From contig OX597822.1 in assembly GCA_951406725.2 (NCBI GenBank), positions 27,156,001-27,220,000 of the forward strand: a stretch of 64,000 bases of DNA, written 5' to 3'. Each line of letters opens with the position of its first letter. Within the stretch, counting starts at the first letter, position 1. Source of the DNA: Octopus vulgaris (lineage: Eukaryota). The position numbers were made by a program, and so were the translations under genes. The notes beneath the pieces were generated by a model. That model made no database searches and was not told the origin of the DNA. It saw nothing but the letters and a program-made list of their open reading frames with translations. This document shows positions 40,696-54,594 of the stretch, one piece after another.

Positions 40696-40743
<48 letters not shown>

Positions 40744-41131
40744 GGTATGTATGTATGTATGTGTACAGATTTGTATGCTTTGTTTTATGTATGTATTCTC
40801 ATGCATATAGTTGCATATCTAAACCTGCTCATATATGCTTAAATGATAAACTTCTGGAATTCATTTTTCAGATTGTTGCAATTCCAGTGATGGTTTGGAT
40901 CTGTAGTCTTCGAATCAGCTTTCTCCTTTCTGGTTTTGAGGAGCGAAATTTCTCAAGATTTGTATTTAGGCAGCATGTTACATATCCCGGTGCTCTAATA
41001 ATTACAGGTACAAACCTGAACTTGAAATCTTGAGAGTAACTGCACATTTCCCAATAGTTCACAGATCTTTTTAGCTTCAAGCTAACATCCACTGAGCAGC
41101 TTATTTCCGCAACTGCACACAGTTTCTCTTC

Positions 41132-41168
<37 letters not shown>

Positions 41169-41296
41169 ATGTATGTATGTATGTATGTATGTATGTATGT
41201 ATGTATGTATGTATGTATGTATGTATGTATGTATGTATGTATGTATGTATGTATACATGCATGTATGTATACATGCATGTATGTATGAATGAACGT

Positions 41297-41445
41297 GGAG
41301 GGGCAATGGCCCAGTGGTTAGGGCAGCGAACTGGCGGTCGGAGAATCGCAGTTTCGATTCCCAGACCGGGCGTTGTGTGTGTGTGTATTGAGCGAAAACA
41401 CATAAAGCTCCACGAGCCTCCGGCAGGGGGTGGGGGTGAGGGGTG
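41297..41445 (+). mobile_element. 3'-truncated family-C SINE
   Basis: ggaggggcaatggcccagtggttagggcagcg...gtttcgattcccagaccggg. Confidence 0.9.
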
Positions 41446-42425
41446 GCCGTATAAATAAATTTTAAAATGCATGTATGTATGAGAGAGAAAAGTAATGGAA
41501 AAAGATATATAGATAAATTCGCCTTTATTGTATGTAAATCTATAGCGATATTTTTAATTCCTTTCACTACCGGAAAAAAATATTAATAATATGGATTCTG
41601 GAAAGATGATTCTCTCCCTTGCCATAGAGTCAAACAACCAATCAACCGAGAGATTTCATTGATAGAAAAAATCTAATTGAATAATATATCAATACAATTA
41701 TTGATTAACGTTGCCTTTCATTTTCTGGTAATATTTAAAAACAAAAAATTTAAAAGCATAAAAATAAATGCAATGAAACTAAAACAAGGGCAGAAAAGCA
41801 AAGAAACGGGACAACTTTGTTTAACGTTTACGCAGCATGCTCTTACCATTCGCCACTAGATATATTCTTGGACGGCCGACCATAACTAATATTATTAATT
41901 AGACCAGTTAAACTTCGCTGCACTAGCTGTACGTAGAATATCGAGTTTCTATAACCAGCCTTAGAAAAAAACAACGAAAAAAACATTGGATTGTAATAAT
42001 ATATGAATGTAACAATGTTGGCGAATATTTTCTAAGCGCGCAATATATTGGTATTATATGCAAGCATTCAACCAAGTCGGTGAGCAAGAACGTTTCGTAC
42101 TTGCTCTTCTTGCTTCTAAATAGATGCTCGAATACAATGGAAGGGTCATTGTAAAGTATATCTGTCTATGGCGGAAAGCTTTGAGGAAGCAAAACTAACA
42201 TGATATAGACAATGAGTTTATAGAATTACCAAACCACCCTTGACGTCGTAAAGAAAAGCCAATATATATTTTTATGTGTGCGCGCGCACACACACACACA
42301 CATGTATATATATCAACATACACATATGCGCACAACTAAATATCTATATATACACACACTGTTAGTTACTTTTGCTATTCTTTTCATCACATATATATGT
42401 CTCTCTCTCTCTTTCTTTCTTTCTT

Positions 42426-42505
<80 letters not shown>

Positions 42506-42550
42506 TATATATATATATATATACGGGTGTGTGTGATTGTGTATAGAAGA

Positions 42551-42990
42551 ATATATTAATAAAAGGAATTCCAACCTTGTCTGATTTTCACGTTTTATTT
42601 ACAATCTTATAATGCTATAATATAATATAATATAATATAATATAATATAATATAATATAATAAAATAAAATAATAGAATGTTAAATGTTCATTCTGATTG
42701 AACTAGTACATTCATGCATTAAATTCTGCAATCTTCAGGTTCATGTAGTAGTGGTGACAGTCATGCTTCACAATTTTTGACAGTCAAAAATTGTGAAGCA
42801 TGACTGTCACCACTACTACATGAACCTGAAGATTGCATAATTTAATGCATGAAAGTACTAGTTCAATCAGAATGAACATTTAACATTCTATTATTTTATT
42901 TTATTATATTATATTATCTTATATTATATCATTATAAGATTGTAAATAAAACGTGACAATCAGACAAGGTTGGAATTCCTTTTATTAATA

Positions 42991-42993
<3 letters not shown>
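42551..42993. repeat. 443-bp near-perfect palindrome (centre 42782), Penelope-like fold-back
   Basis: Arms 42551-42781 / 42783-42993 differ by 5 substitutions and 4 TATAA units; 1-nt spacer; (TA)n on both sides. Confidence 0.95.
42821..42865 (+). ncRNA. Minimal type-I hammerhead motif (mirror copy 42699-42743 on the minus strand has GAAT)
   Basis: tgaac CTGAAGA t tgcat aattta atgca t GAAAG ta CTA gttca; palindromic AGTACT. Confidence 0.78.
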
Positions 42994-43048
<55 letters not shown>

Positions 43049-46012
43049 CGGAGATGTACTTGCATAGTGAGTGAATTGATCTGAGATCGTGTGCTGGAAC
43101 GAAAACAATTGTAGCGTGGAAGGTATTTATAAGCCATTTAAGAAACACACAAAACCGTTAGATTCACTTCAACATTTAAATTTAATTTGTCTAAATTTGT
43201 CTATTACATGAAATTAAATTCTTGAATTCTTCCCTTCTTTGACAAGAATTGTCATAAACGTAAACGTTAATGGCTTTTTTCTTTCTTTACGAAGGTAATT
43301 TACTTTATTATAAGTCTTTGAGTTGTTTTTATGATATAATATACTACAGCCAGTGCCATTCTACGTGTGCATAGCCATAAATGTTTCACATACCGGCATT
43401 TTAATCTAAAACTGTTTCATAGACGTATGTAGTTTAATTCTAAATTGGTTTACTTTTGTACAAATCTGGAAATGTATGTTAACCGATGTTTATATTCAGA
43501 CAACTATATTCGAGTTAGTTCAAAATATCCTGGACATTCGTCCTTGGAGAGACCACATCAGATCAAAACACCATGCCTGGCGATCCACCGATGTTCTGAG
43601 CAAAGCCCTGTGCTAGAAACAGATAAACCTCTTGAGAATGTTCTGCTGAAACAAAATATTACATCTATACCGCTCTACGTTTGTATGTTCAAAGCGGTAT
43701 CCTACTCTGTTCAATATATCTGATATGTCACACCACACTTATTTAAACAACTTCTTATTTGGTTTTCTACTCACTCAAAAATTTTTTTGGTTAAAAAATT
43801 AACTGTTTGTTTCTTTTGACGAAGCACAGTAGCATGTATTTAATGCCAGGAAGAACGTAAGGAATTTTAAAGTTCAGGTTATTTCTAAGGACATTACCTG
43901 CGTGAGTGAAATGGTTTCAATTGATCATTGAAACTGCTTCGAGTATAAGACAGACTCTTGCTCTCATGCGCTTCTCTGATTTCCATTTCGTTATAGAAAA
44001 CAAGGATTGACATTAACAAATGCATTTATAACGTTTTTCAATCTCTCCTTCACAAACTAGTAACATGATATTTTCCTCTACCTTATTGATAGTTGCTAAG
44101 ACAACAAACGCACTACTACAAAACAATCTGCACTTCAGATTCTGCTCGCTGCCACAGCAATCATGCCTCTATAATAAGCATCTGTTCTTTCTGACCTGCT
44201 CGCTACTGTAATAGATTCGCAATTACTATACAATCCATTTGCTATTATTCAGAACATTGTTTTAGAATTGCCAAGTACAGTGGAGTGGCAGAAACGGCAG
44301 AGTGCCATGTAACATGTACTTACGTCTATTTCTTTCTACGTTCTACCAGGGTCCACAGAACAAGTACCAGGCATATATTCTCAAGAACAATCAAATTCAA
44401 TGCTCTATCTCTCCGAAATTTATGCTCTTCTACCAAAGTCAGAAATCACTGTTATATTGATACTGATATGCAGAATAGTTTTTGCAAGATATGTTGTTGA
44501 TTTTTTTGTCATTCATCAGCTGTGATATAGCATATGAATTATAGATATTGCATGCTATTTCTATGTTTCATATATACGTATCTCTAAGTATTCGCATTTC
44601 CTAAAGGATATCCGCATTCATAATGAACAATGTTTGCGTATTCACAAGAGATTACTTGTAAATATTTAAGCTGTGCTTCCACATTAAGATTCTTAATTAA
44701 AATATGACGCACAATCTGTTTCATGCTTCCGAATGAAAGCAAGTCCCTGAACTGGAAAATATGTTTTATCCATAAAGCATAAATGCCATTTTTTTAGTAT
44801 TATAGATATGAATGTTATCCAATACAATGTTATTCAATCGACTTTGAAGAGTTAGAGAGATTTTTCTGAGAAAGATACATGCGCATACATACGTGGGTGT
44901 TGAATAATTTTATTAATTTTCAATATCTCGTTATTATGCTATCATTTCAAAATCAACCTAGAACTGAAAAAGTAATCAATATTTTGCTACAAGCAGTAAT
45001 TGACGATTTCACAGCAACACAGAAACCACCGAACAAAATTCCTTATCGTATTTAACATGCTATCTCTACTTGCCAAGTTCGAATTACATCGATCATCGAT
45101 GTCGAATTCAACTTTAATATTTGGTGCTAGGATGAAGCAAAATATCTTTGATACTCATTGGGTACATTCATTCAAATATACGTCGAAAATTGTGACTTAT
45201 TGGTTAGAGTTAAATTCCTGAACAGGGTGGTGCGTTGTGATCTCGTGCAAGGGCACTTCCATTTCACGTTGCCCCAATCTGCTCAACTGTAATAACGGGT
45301 GGGCTGCTGGTTCAACCTTCTCTCCTTCCACCCGTTACATTCTGGCTCAAAGTGGACCGACAGGATGCTTGTGTCTGCTGACTAATATATATATATACTA
45401 ATATATAAGCACTAAAAGAAGTTAGCGAAAGTATAGATGTTTCCAAACTATATTCGCTTGTGAGTGACGGCTAACTGTATTCTATACTCTAAACATCGAA
45501 ACTTACGAAGTTAAGACGGATGCAAACACAACGACACTCTACAGTCATTCATTAACATCACATAATTATTTATAATTCTATTGGCAATTATATGAACATA
45601 CTCATTCTCTTAGTATACTGTGATAATTAGGAAGCACTTCAGTGCTTAATTGTACGCTCTAATTGTTTTCTTTGTTAGACACGAATCTAGTAGTTGAGGA
45701 GATGTCGGGCAGTCATTTCGACTGATCACAGTGTTTGCACGTATTGATTTAATTAGTCTAATAAGCATTCAAAGGTAAAGTTGATTCTGGTGGGATTTGA
45801 AATCGTAGTATAAAGATTTCGAAATAGAGACTGTGGTAGAGTCAGCTCACTGCCAAGTGAAGTGGGATTAGAATTATTCTACGATCCTTCAACTGATATC
45901 TGTTAATTTATATTCATGCATACATACATACATACATACATACATACATACATACAAACATTCGTACAAACATTCGTACATACATACATACATACATACA
46001 TACATACATACA

Positions 46013-46046
<34 letters not shown>

Positions 46047-47161
46047 CATACGGCTTTCATGGCTTCTGATCTTAACTGAAGTATTATCATGAACGTATTT
46101 TGATCTCGTGTAAAACATGGGCTACAACAAATATTCTACTCAATACTACAGATTTACTTTGCGGTTGCTTGACCTTAACCAGTTGAGCATGTCACTTAAT
46201 GGCCGACGATAAGTACATCTCTGATCACGAGCAAAAGTAGAAGGAGAGCATCATAGCCATGCGTTGAGATGGATTATTTGGAGTTTGAATAATTCACCTC
46301 TGGAAATATAGGTGTTTCGTTCATCATCCTTAAACGGTTCTTATTCAAGGACCTTTTGAGCGGGATGGGCTACACAACATGAAGAAAATTCTAACTGGGC
46401 TCCACCTGCAAATGCATGTGTATGTATGTATGTATACATGCATACATACATGTATATATGTGTGTACGTGTGTGTGTATACGTATTAGAATTATTGTCAT
46501 GATGGTATTAGAATGTAAATATTTATATGTACAATAATAAATGCCTGAAAGCTAAGAAGCTTGCTTAACAGTCGAGTGATGTCGATCCTACAATGCAGCA
46601 TCGTGGCCCATTCGTCTTCTACCATACCATCGTATCGACCATATGCCTTACAATGAAACTGGATATATAGAATCTGCGAAGGAATAAGTCAGATGTACTC
46701 TCAGCAATTAGATATATCACACAGCTGAACTATGTCCGGTTCATCTGCATTCTAACTGCTACATAGTCACCCCCAACCCACCCATGGTATGTATTTGAGT
46801 TCTTCGAATCAATTCCACTAGTAGAATATTCTAAATATATTGCTAAGGCAATTACCATTTTTTGTTGGTTCAGTGTTAATTTTTTCCTAGTTTAGTATTC
46901 GTTTTTTGTTGGTTTACTGTTTACTTTGTCCCTTTAAAAGTTCCTGGTTGACTTATATAGAAACCATTCATGCTGTTAACAATTACCATTGTGTAGCTAA
47001 ATGAGTAACTGCCTTCACATCAACAGAGACTGATGAGGTAATTAGTCACAGAAATATCTGATTCTGCTGTAAAGTAATTTATAGTAAATATACTACATTT
47101 TCTTTACGTATTATATTTTGGGAGATATTCTGGGTTTTTTTTTAGTTTCATAGGTGTAAAG

Positions 47162-47434
47162 CAGTGTTCCCAAAAGTTTTTCAGGCTGCCGCCTCCTTGA
47201 CATGGTGCCATATTTTTAGTGCCCCCTCCCCACTCAACACCACTAACGTAGACCTCTTTCTGCAGCAAATGCGAAACAACTGTATTTTACAAATAAAACT
47301 TAACCTATTTAACCCATTATTTTGCGGTGGGATTGGGGGTTGCATCCATCGCCCCACTTTTGGTCACCCTATTATTGTCTCACTTTTTTCAACGCTCCTC
47401 GTGATCTTTCCGCTGCCCAGTTTGGGAACCACTG
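47162..47434. mobile_element. hAT-superfamily MITE
   Basis: TIRs cagtgttcccaaa / tttgggaaccactg; 8-bp TSD gtgtaaag at 47154-47161 and 47435-47442. Confidence 0.92.
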
Positions 47435-47825
47435 GTGTAAAGTAATAGCACCGAGTACCTATTGAGTTACTGTGCATTCAACAAGTAAAGTAAATATCTT
47501 GAAAATTTAACGAAAACTATTTACGATAATCTGTGTCTGTTTACGTACGCAAAAGCATACAGACCTACACACATATACATGCATACATACATACATGCAT
47601 ACAAACACACATACATACATGCATACAAACACACATACATACATGCATACAAACACACATACATACCTACATACATATATACAAAACATATATACATGGA
47701 TACATTCGCAGATTTCGAATACAAACGAGACAAGTACATATAATATTTTGTATATATATGTGTGTGTGTGTGTGTGTATGTATGAATATGAATATATATT
47801 ATATATGTATGTGTATATATATATA

Positions 47826-47880
<55 letters not shown>

Positions 47881-48050
47881 TAGACTACACGTGACACGTT
47901 GGGTAAATGAGAAACTCTGGGTTTTCCAGAAACGGTGTTTTGTTTCGTGAGGTATTTTCTTCTTCTCTAGGTTATTTCGCATGCTTTCAACGAATGTGAC
48001 ATGGAAATCACGTGTAAACGGTGAGTTTCACCAGAAAAGGTAAGATTTGG

Positions 48051-48149
48051 CTGCTATTTCTTGCATGCCCTGCTACCAAGTAACAGGTATTTCGGGTCCT
48101 TTATCGCAAATAGCTATTACGTGGTAGCAAGCCATGCTAGAAATAGCAG
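48051..48149. repeat. 33-bp inverted repeat (hairpin)
   Basis: 48051-48083 versus 48117-48149, 29/33 identical. Confidence 0.85.
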
Positions 48150-48734
48150 TGAAATACGTTGAAGGCACTTCAAAAAACTATTTCTTTTACGAAATATTTA
48201 CCATATTTTTAAAGTCATTTTCCCTTTAGGATATCTTTTAAATATGCCAAAAAGAATTTTTGTAACGGTAGTCACTTCAAAATAATTTATAGAAACATTA
48301 AAACATTGTCTCTTTAAAGAAAGCTAAAATATAAATACTTACTGTACAAACAACTTACATTATTGAAATCACTTTCACTTAAAAATATTTCTAAATGATT
48401 AAAATATTGTTTAACAAAATCGAAAGTAGAAACATTTACTATAAAAGAAAATCGCATTTTTTCGTTGTTGATTCACTGTCTAATAGAAAGATAAGAGTTT
48501 CTTCCCTTTCAGTATCAAGATTATTTTTGGAACATTTTCCCATTAAGCCCGCTTTTAGTTTATTCCCTGAAAATCTCTAATTATCTCCAAAACCACTTTA
48601 CCGATTCACGCGAAACTTGTTTCATTTCGTTCGTATTAACATTTCAGAGTAATCTTAATTCATAATATTTTCCCATCATGCCCCAGTTTGGCTGAGTAAC
48701 ATTGCAAGCAAGCAAGATTCAAATTGAATTGTTA

Positions 48735-48920
48735 ATGCGTGTGGTAAGCTTGCTTGCCAACCACATGTCTCCGGGTTCAGTTCCACGGCGTAGCACCTTG
48801 GGCAAGTGTTTTCTACTATAGCGTCGGGCCGACCAAAGCCCTGTGAGTGGATTTTGTAGACGGAAATTTGGTCGAATAAAGGCAGTGTTCCAGCATGGCA
48901 GCAGTCAAAAGAATAAAAGA
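48735..48920 (+). mobile_element. Internally deleted family-B SINE
   Basis: Head joined directly to tail (aaggcagtgttccagcatggc). Confidence 0.88.
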
Positions 48921-48960
<40 letters not shown>

Positions 48961-49550
48961 AATCAATGAAGCTGCACAAGTTCTTCGACGACCTCATGTT
49001 CTGTGCCAAAGTACTGCAAAGGCACATAGACATACATGCATAGCAACAAACACACGTGCATACAAATATATATGTGTGTATATGTACGTTGGTCATGTGC
49101 GTGTGCAACAGCAGTAGAGCTTGAGTGCAAAATGGAGAACTCGGTAGGAAGATGTAAAAGTCTTTCATAAGTGTAAGTGCAAACGATATGCCGGTCTTTC
49201 AGGACAGCTCTATGACACCTCTTTGACAGCAAATGGTTTTCGTTATCAGCATTAAAACAGCTGTATGCATCAGCTTTGAATGTACGCACACACAAGCGAA
49301 ACACGCACACACAAGAAGAGAAACGCGCACACAGAAAAATCAGTAGATGCATGCCTCTCGCAAACTCTCATACAAACTTATATAAGCATATGTTTTCACA
49401 TGGACACTAGTATAAATGCATATAAAATCGGTTACAGCAAAGAAGCAACAATTCGCCTCTGACATTTACGCACGTAATGCGAACGAACTGAACAAGCATC
49501 CGCGAGCACACGAGCGCAGACACACGCGTACAAACACACAAACACACACG

Positions 49551-49584
<34 letters not shown>

Positions 49585-49879
49585 CACACACACACACACA
49601 CACACACACGCGTACAAACACACAAACACACACGTATACACACACACACGCGCGCATATACGTACACATGCACACACAAACACACACGTATACACACACA
49701 CACGCGCGCATATACGTACACATGCACACACAGACCTTATCTATATGGTAAAGGCCATATTAGTAGATTTGTTGTATAATATACATACATGCAGCATATG
49801 TAACCGCAAGCTCTCACATGTTAACGCTAGTTAAACACATAGGTCTTTGCTTACTCTACTCTTCCTCCTCTTCTATCTT

Positions 49880-49919
49880 CTCTCTCTCTCTCTCTGTACA
49901 TATACATATATATACATAC

Positions 49920-49978
<59 letters not shown>

Positions 49979-50079
49979 TGTATGTGTGTGTATATATATG
50001 TGTGTGTATGCTCTCTCTCTCTCTCTCTCTCTCTGTACATATACATATATATATACATACACACATATATATATGTATG

Positions 50080-50120
<41 letters not shown>

Positions 50121-50285
50121 ATGTATGTGTATATATATACATCTATGTGTGTATATATATATACATATGTGTGTGTGTGTATATATATATGTATATATAT
50201 ACATATGTGTGTGTGTGTATATATATATGTATATATATATATATGTGTGTATATATATATATGTATATATATATATGTGTATATA

Positions 50286-50337
<52 letters not shown>

Positions 50338-50575
50338 TGGGTATATGTTTATATGTTTCTCTCTCAAATGCAAATAATACGCATGCTCTGTCTCTGTCTC
50401 CCTCTCTCTCTCTCTCTGTCTCTCTCTCTCTCTGTACATATACATATATATACATACATACATATATATATATATGTATATATATCTATGTATATGTATA
50501 TATATATATATATTGGAAGGTTTGGCTATATGCTTATATCTGTTCCTCTCTCAAATGCAAATAATACGCATGCGC
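49880..50575. repeat. Compound (CT)n/(TA)n/(TG)n tract with higher-order duplications
   Basis: ctctctgtacatatacatatata occurs three times; ctctctcaaatgcaaataatacgcatgc twice. Confidence 0.9.
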
Positions 50576-51935
50576 ACGCTTGCACGCTCGCGTCAACGTT
50601 GGCACACTAATTCAATGAATCTACGTCATCAATAACATTCTGACAAGTGAAGTAGAAGGTTTCCAAACAGCAAACAAACTACTCTTTACACCGCGGTATA
50701 ATTCAGCTACCTTCTCTACTTCACTTCTCCCCCTCTTCCTCTTTCTCCCCTTCTCTTCCTTCTCCTAATCCCACTCTTTCCTTTTCATCTGCACCCCCCC
50801 TCACCAAACCAATTTAACTTGCAATTTCGTCTTCTACGCCTTTCTATTATAACGATAAATGCCGGGATTTCTCCTGTCTGACGTCACAAGTGCGTCAGAC
50901 GACAATTCTGCAGCAAACTCGTCATTGACTAAACTGAGTGAACTTGGTATCGCTTATTTATTTGTCTATTCGTCTATTTATTTGTATATTTAGAGCAAAG
51001 CCGGAGTTTTAATGATTTTTTTCATGCATTTCTTTCATTTAATTTCTTCTTTTCTTTCTTCTGTCTATCTTTTTCTTTTTCATTCTTGCCTTTTTTTTTT
51101 CTTTCTCCCCCCCCCCTCCTTTCATTTTGTTTCTGCTTATTCGTTTGATTTCGCTTCTGAATAAATTATTTGAGATAAGGTCGGGCAGTTCTAAATACAA
51201 TGGTTGATTTCAAGTCAGCCGAAACAAGACATTTAATTGGCCTCTGAATAATGTTAAGAAACTTTAACAAAACGAAATGATTAGATCAATAACTCCATCC
51301 TCGCACAGCCATACACACACAGTCACAAGCACGCACGCACGCACACACAGACACACGTCACGTACACACACACATATATACACACGCACTCACTGACATG
51401 CGTGCACATAGAAACACACACGCGTGCACACACAGACACAAACATAAATTCTCGCACACATAATCAAACAAGCAGATACATATACAAACACATCAAACTA
51501 TCCATGTATGTTTCTATGCATACAACGAACCTTAAGTTTATGTGCATAAGCGCATACATGAAGTTAGTTCTATAAGTCACGCACACACACATACATACAC
51601 ATGCACAAATATGGGGCGGTTGCCTCCCTTGTCAGCATGTATGCATCTACGCCATTGCTACAGCATTAGGAATATTTTAACTCATTTCTAGTAATGTAGA
51701 TGTGTTAGCACCCTTAGTCACACTTAGGGCGATTGAATTTTTATGGTATCACATTGCCCCTCGTTTATATTAGTATTGTATATATGTACAATACTCTCTG
51801 TCCATCCATCCAACTATCTGTCAGTCAGCCTGTCTGTCTGTCTTACTGTCTCTCTGTCCATCCAACTATCTATACACGTCGGGTACCAATTTGGTATGTG
51901 TGTATTATATGTTTTCAATGGCGAATAAGCTACTC

Positions 51936-51975
51936 CCGACTGACGAAGAGCAATGGCTCTTAAACTAGTCTCTGG
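51936..51975 (+). ncRNA. Hammerhead motif with one core substitution (GAAA to TAAA)
   Basis: ccga CTGACGA agagc aatg gctct TAAAC ta GTC tctgg; palindromic ACTAGT. Confidence 0.6.
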
Positions 51976-52365
51976 TTGCTGGCTTTGCTGGGGGAGGTGC
52001 TTATCTCCCCTGTTTGAAAACTTAAGGATACAGAACGCTTGTGCCACATAGCCAATTGGAACGATGTTTCCTGGAGCTAAATAGCAGTAGCATTCTTCCC
52101 TTTCCTGGGACTGCCACATTAAGTTGGCAACAAACCACCACTTTATCGTGCTGCTACTGTATAAGTCTCTCTGAGAGATTTAGAAATGCAACCTTTCTAA
52201 GTATATATATATATATACACACATACATACATGCGTATATATACTTGCATATATCTTCCTATCTCTCTGTGTCTATCTGTCAGTCTGCCTGTCTGTCTGT
52301 CTTACTGTCCATCCATCCATCTGTCTATACACGTCGGGTACTAATTTGGTATATGTATGTTATAT

Positions 52366-52580
52366 TCTTTTCTACTCTAGGCACAAGGCCTGAAATTTTG
52401 AGGGAGGGGGCCAGTCGATTAGATCGACCTCAGTACGCAACTGGTACTTAATTTATCGACCCTGAAAGGATGAAAAGCAAAGTCGACCTCGGCGGAATTT
52501 GAACTCAGAACGTAAAGACAAACGAAATACCGCTAAGCATTTCGCCCGGCGTGCTAACGTTTCTGCCAGCTCGCCGCCTT
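52366..52580 (-). mobile_element. Full-length family-A SINE (second tail type)
   Basis: Minus tail ...ccctcctcaaaatttcaggccttgtgcctagagtagaaaagaat. Confidence 0.95.
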
Positions 52581-52819
52581 TTATGTCTGTTTTTGTATGT
52601 ATTATATTATTTATCCTTTATTGGTTTCAGGTATCGGACTGCGTTCAATGTTATGGGGACGTAAACAAACGAACATCGCTTGTCAAGCCGTGGGTGTGGA
52701 GAAACACAACCACTGAGACATACACTCCGCCAAAGATACTTGCCTAAGGAGTTACGTATGGAACTGAACCCGAAACCACGAAGTTGCAAAGCGGCAAGCT
52801 TCTTAACTTCACAGCCACA

Positions 52820-52870
<51 letters not shown>

Positions 52871-54224
52871 TCAAGATGTTAGATTCCTTCAGCTATTGTG
52901 ATGAAGCATAAGAATGTATAATTGCATGCTTATAGCGAGTTTCAAACGTTTGGGTTAAATATTATACTGTGTGGAGATGAGAATATTGACGTTTCGAGAT
53001 CTAACTATCATCTGAATGAAAAAGAGAAACAGAAAAAAGTAGAATTTTATTTTTAACTGGGCAGGCGATGCTGCTGCCTCTGCTCATATATGTGTGTGAG
53101 TGTGCGCACGCGTGTATTTGCGTATGTATGTGTATACATGTATACCAGGAGTAGTGGGAAGACGAGAGGTGTAACCAAATGAAATGAGCTTTGATAGTTG
53201 GTCAGTAGCCAGAAAGACAGAGTTACGTGAGGCGGGAAGGGTAAATGAAAAGTACTAATGTTCTCTCTCTTTTTTCATTTCCAGGGAAAGAGGAAGGGAC
53301 TAGAATGGTAAGTTCTTCATTCCCGATTTCAGTGAAAAATATCCAACACTTGCATGATCTCCTCTAGAGAGCGACATAACAGTGTTGTAGGGGAAATATA
53401 TACGTTGGGACGCAAAGACAAACGCAACGATGAATATGTTGATAGTGGGTCAAGGGCTAGAGTGACAGAGAAAAGTGTGGAGAGGGATGGCGATGACTTA
53501 AACAAAGACAGATAAAGGAATATTGTGTGTAAACACAAAACATGCCAATATACACAAGCACATCAATAGAAGCGGAAATGGAACGAAATATAGATTAATT
53601 AATGGTTATCGAGCTCAACATATTGTATTAGCAATTTATTAATTTATTAAGTTTTTATGTAGAGGAAAAAGACGAAAGAAAACAGAAACAAACGAAACTA
53701 GTGATGGTCTGCATCAGCAAACATTTTTTTGTATTCGTAATAAATACTTAAATTTTTTTTTTATGTTAGTATGCCATTAAGAGAAAATCTGGGAGCCAAG
53801 AGAAATGGACAGTTGCTAATAGAAGGTTTGGTGCGGGAAGCAGAAGAAAAAGAGGGGATGAAAATATATTTGCAGAAGAGGGAGAAGGGCCAGGTGTATA
53901 AGTAACGGTGGGAAAGTGAACCAATCTGTCTCAGCGCCGATCAGTCCAGATGAGAAGGAAAGTGACGTGGAATTGGTGCGGAAGGAAGTAAAGTGGACTC
54001 ACGTTTGGTCTGTGGAAGAAGCAGTACTAAACATTAAAAGAACGTTCCTTTCTTATGATCTGGAGATGGGGGAAAGCCCCGGTGATAGATAAGTAGTCAG
54101 TTGAATGGACACGGACACACACACATACATAAATCGTAGAACGACGCTTGCTACCAAATGCAGTCGAAACACTAACATTCCGAGGAGTTCGTCCGAGTCA
54201 AATTGTTACACCTAATACCATCCT

Positions 54225-54278
<54 letters not shown>

Positions 54279-54280
<2 letters not shown>

Positions 54281-54548
54281 CACCGTGACCGACCAGGCTA
54301 TCAGATGTTGCTACACATCGCTGGTCACAATGCGCTTCGCATTGTTTTAGCCTTCAAATGACGCCATCCACGTGAGAGAAAGTTGTGGCGAAAGAGTACA
54401 CCAGGGATCGCCACCACCCCTGCCGGAGCCTCGTGGAGCTTTGGGTGTTTTCGCTCAATAAACACTCACAACGCCCAGTCTGAGAATCGAAACCGCGATT
54501 CTACAACCGCGAGTCCGCTGCCCTAACCACTGGGTCATTGTGCCTCCA
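54279..54548 (-). mobile_element. Family-C SINE with RTE-LINE-like tail
   Basis: Family-C head; 54279-54335 resembles 28994-29051. Confidence 0.9.
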
Positions 54549-54561
54549 CACACACACAAAC

Positions 54562-54594
<33 letters not shown>

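Noticed and set aside
43047-43200. gaaaacaattgta palindrome after (TA)n
   Set aside because: It resembles the 3' half of a hammerhead, but the 5' core is absent, so it cannot be called
46050-46415. Mixed-composition block between TACA tracts, probably a dispersed repeat
   Set aside because: Single copy in this window, with no TIR, TSD or coding motif to classify it
47028-47062. ctgatga...gaaat atc hammerhead-like string
   Set aside because: Stems I and II do not pair convincingly
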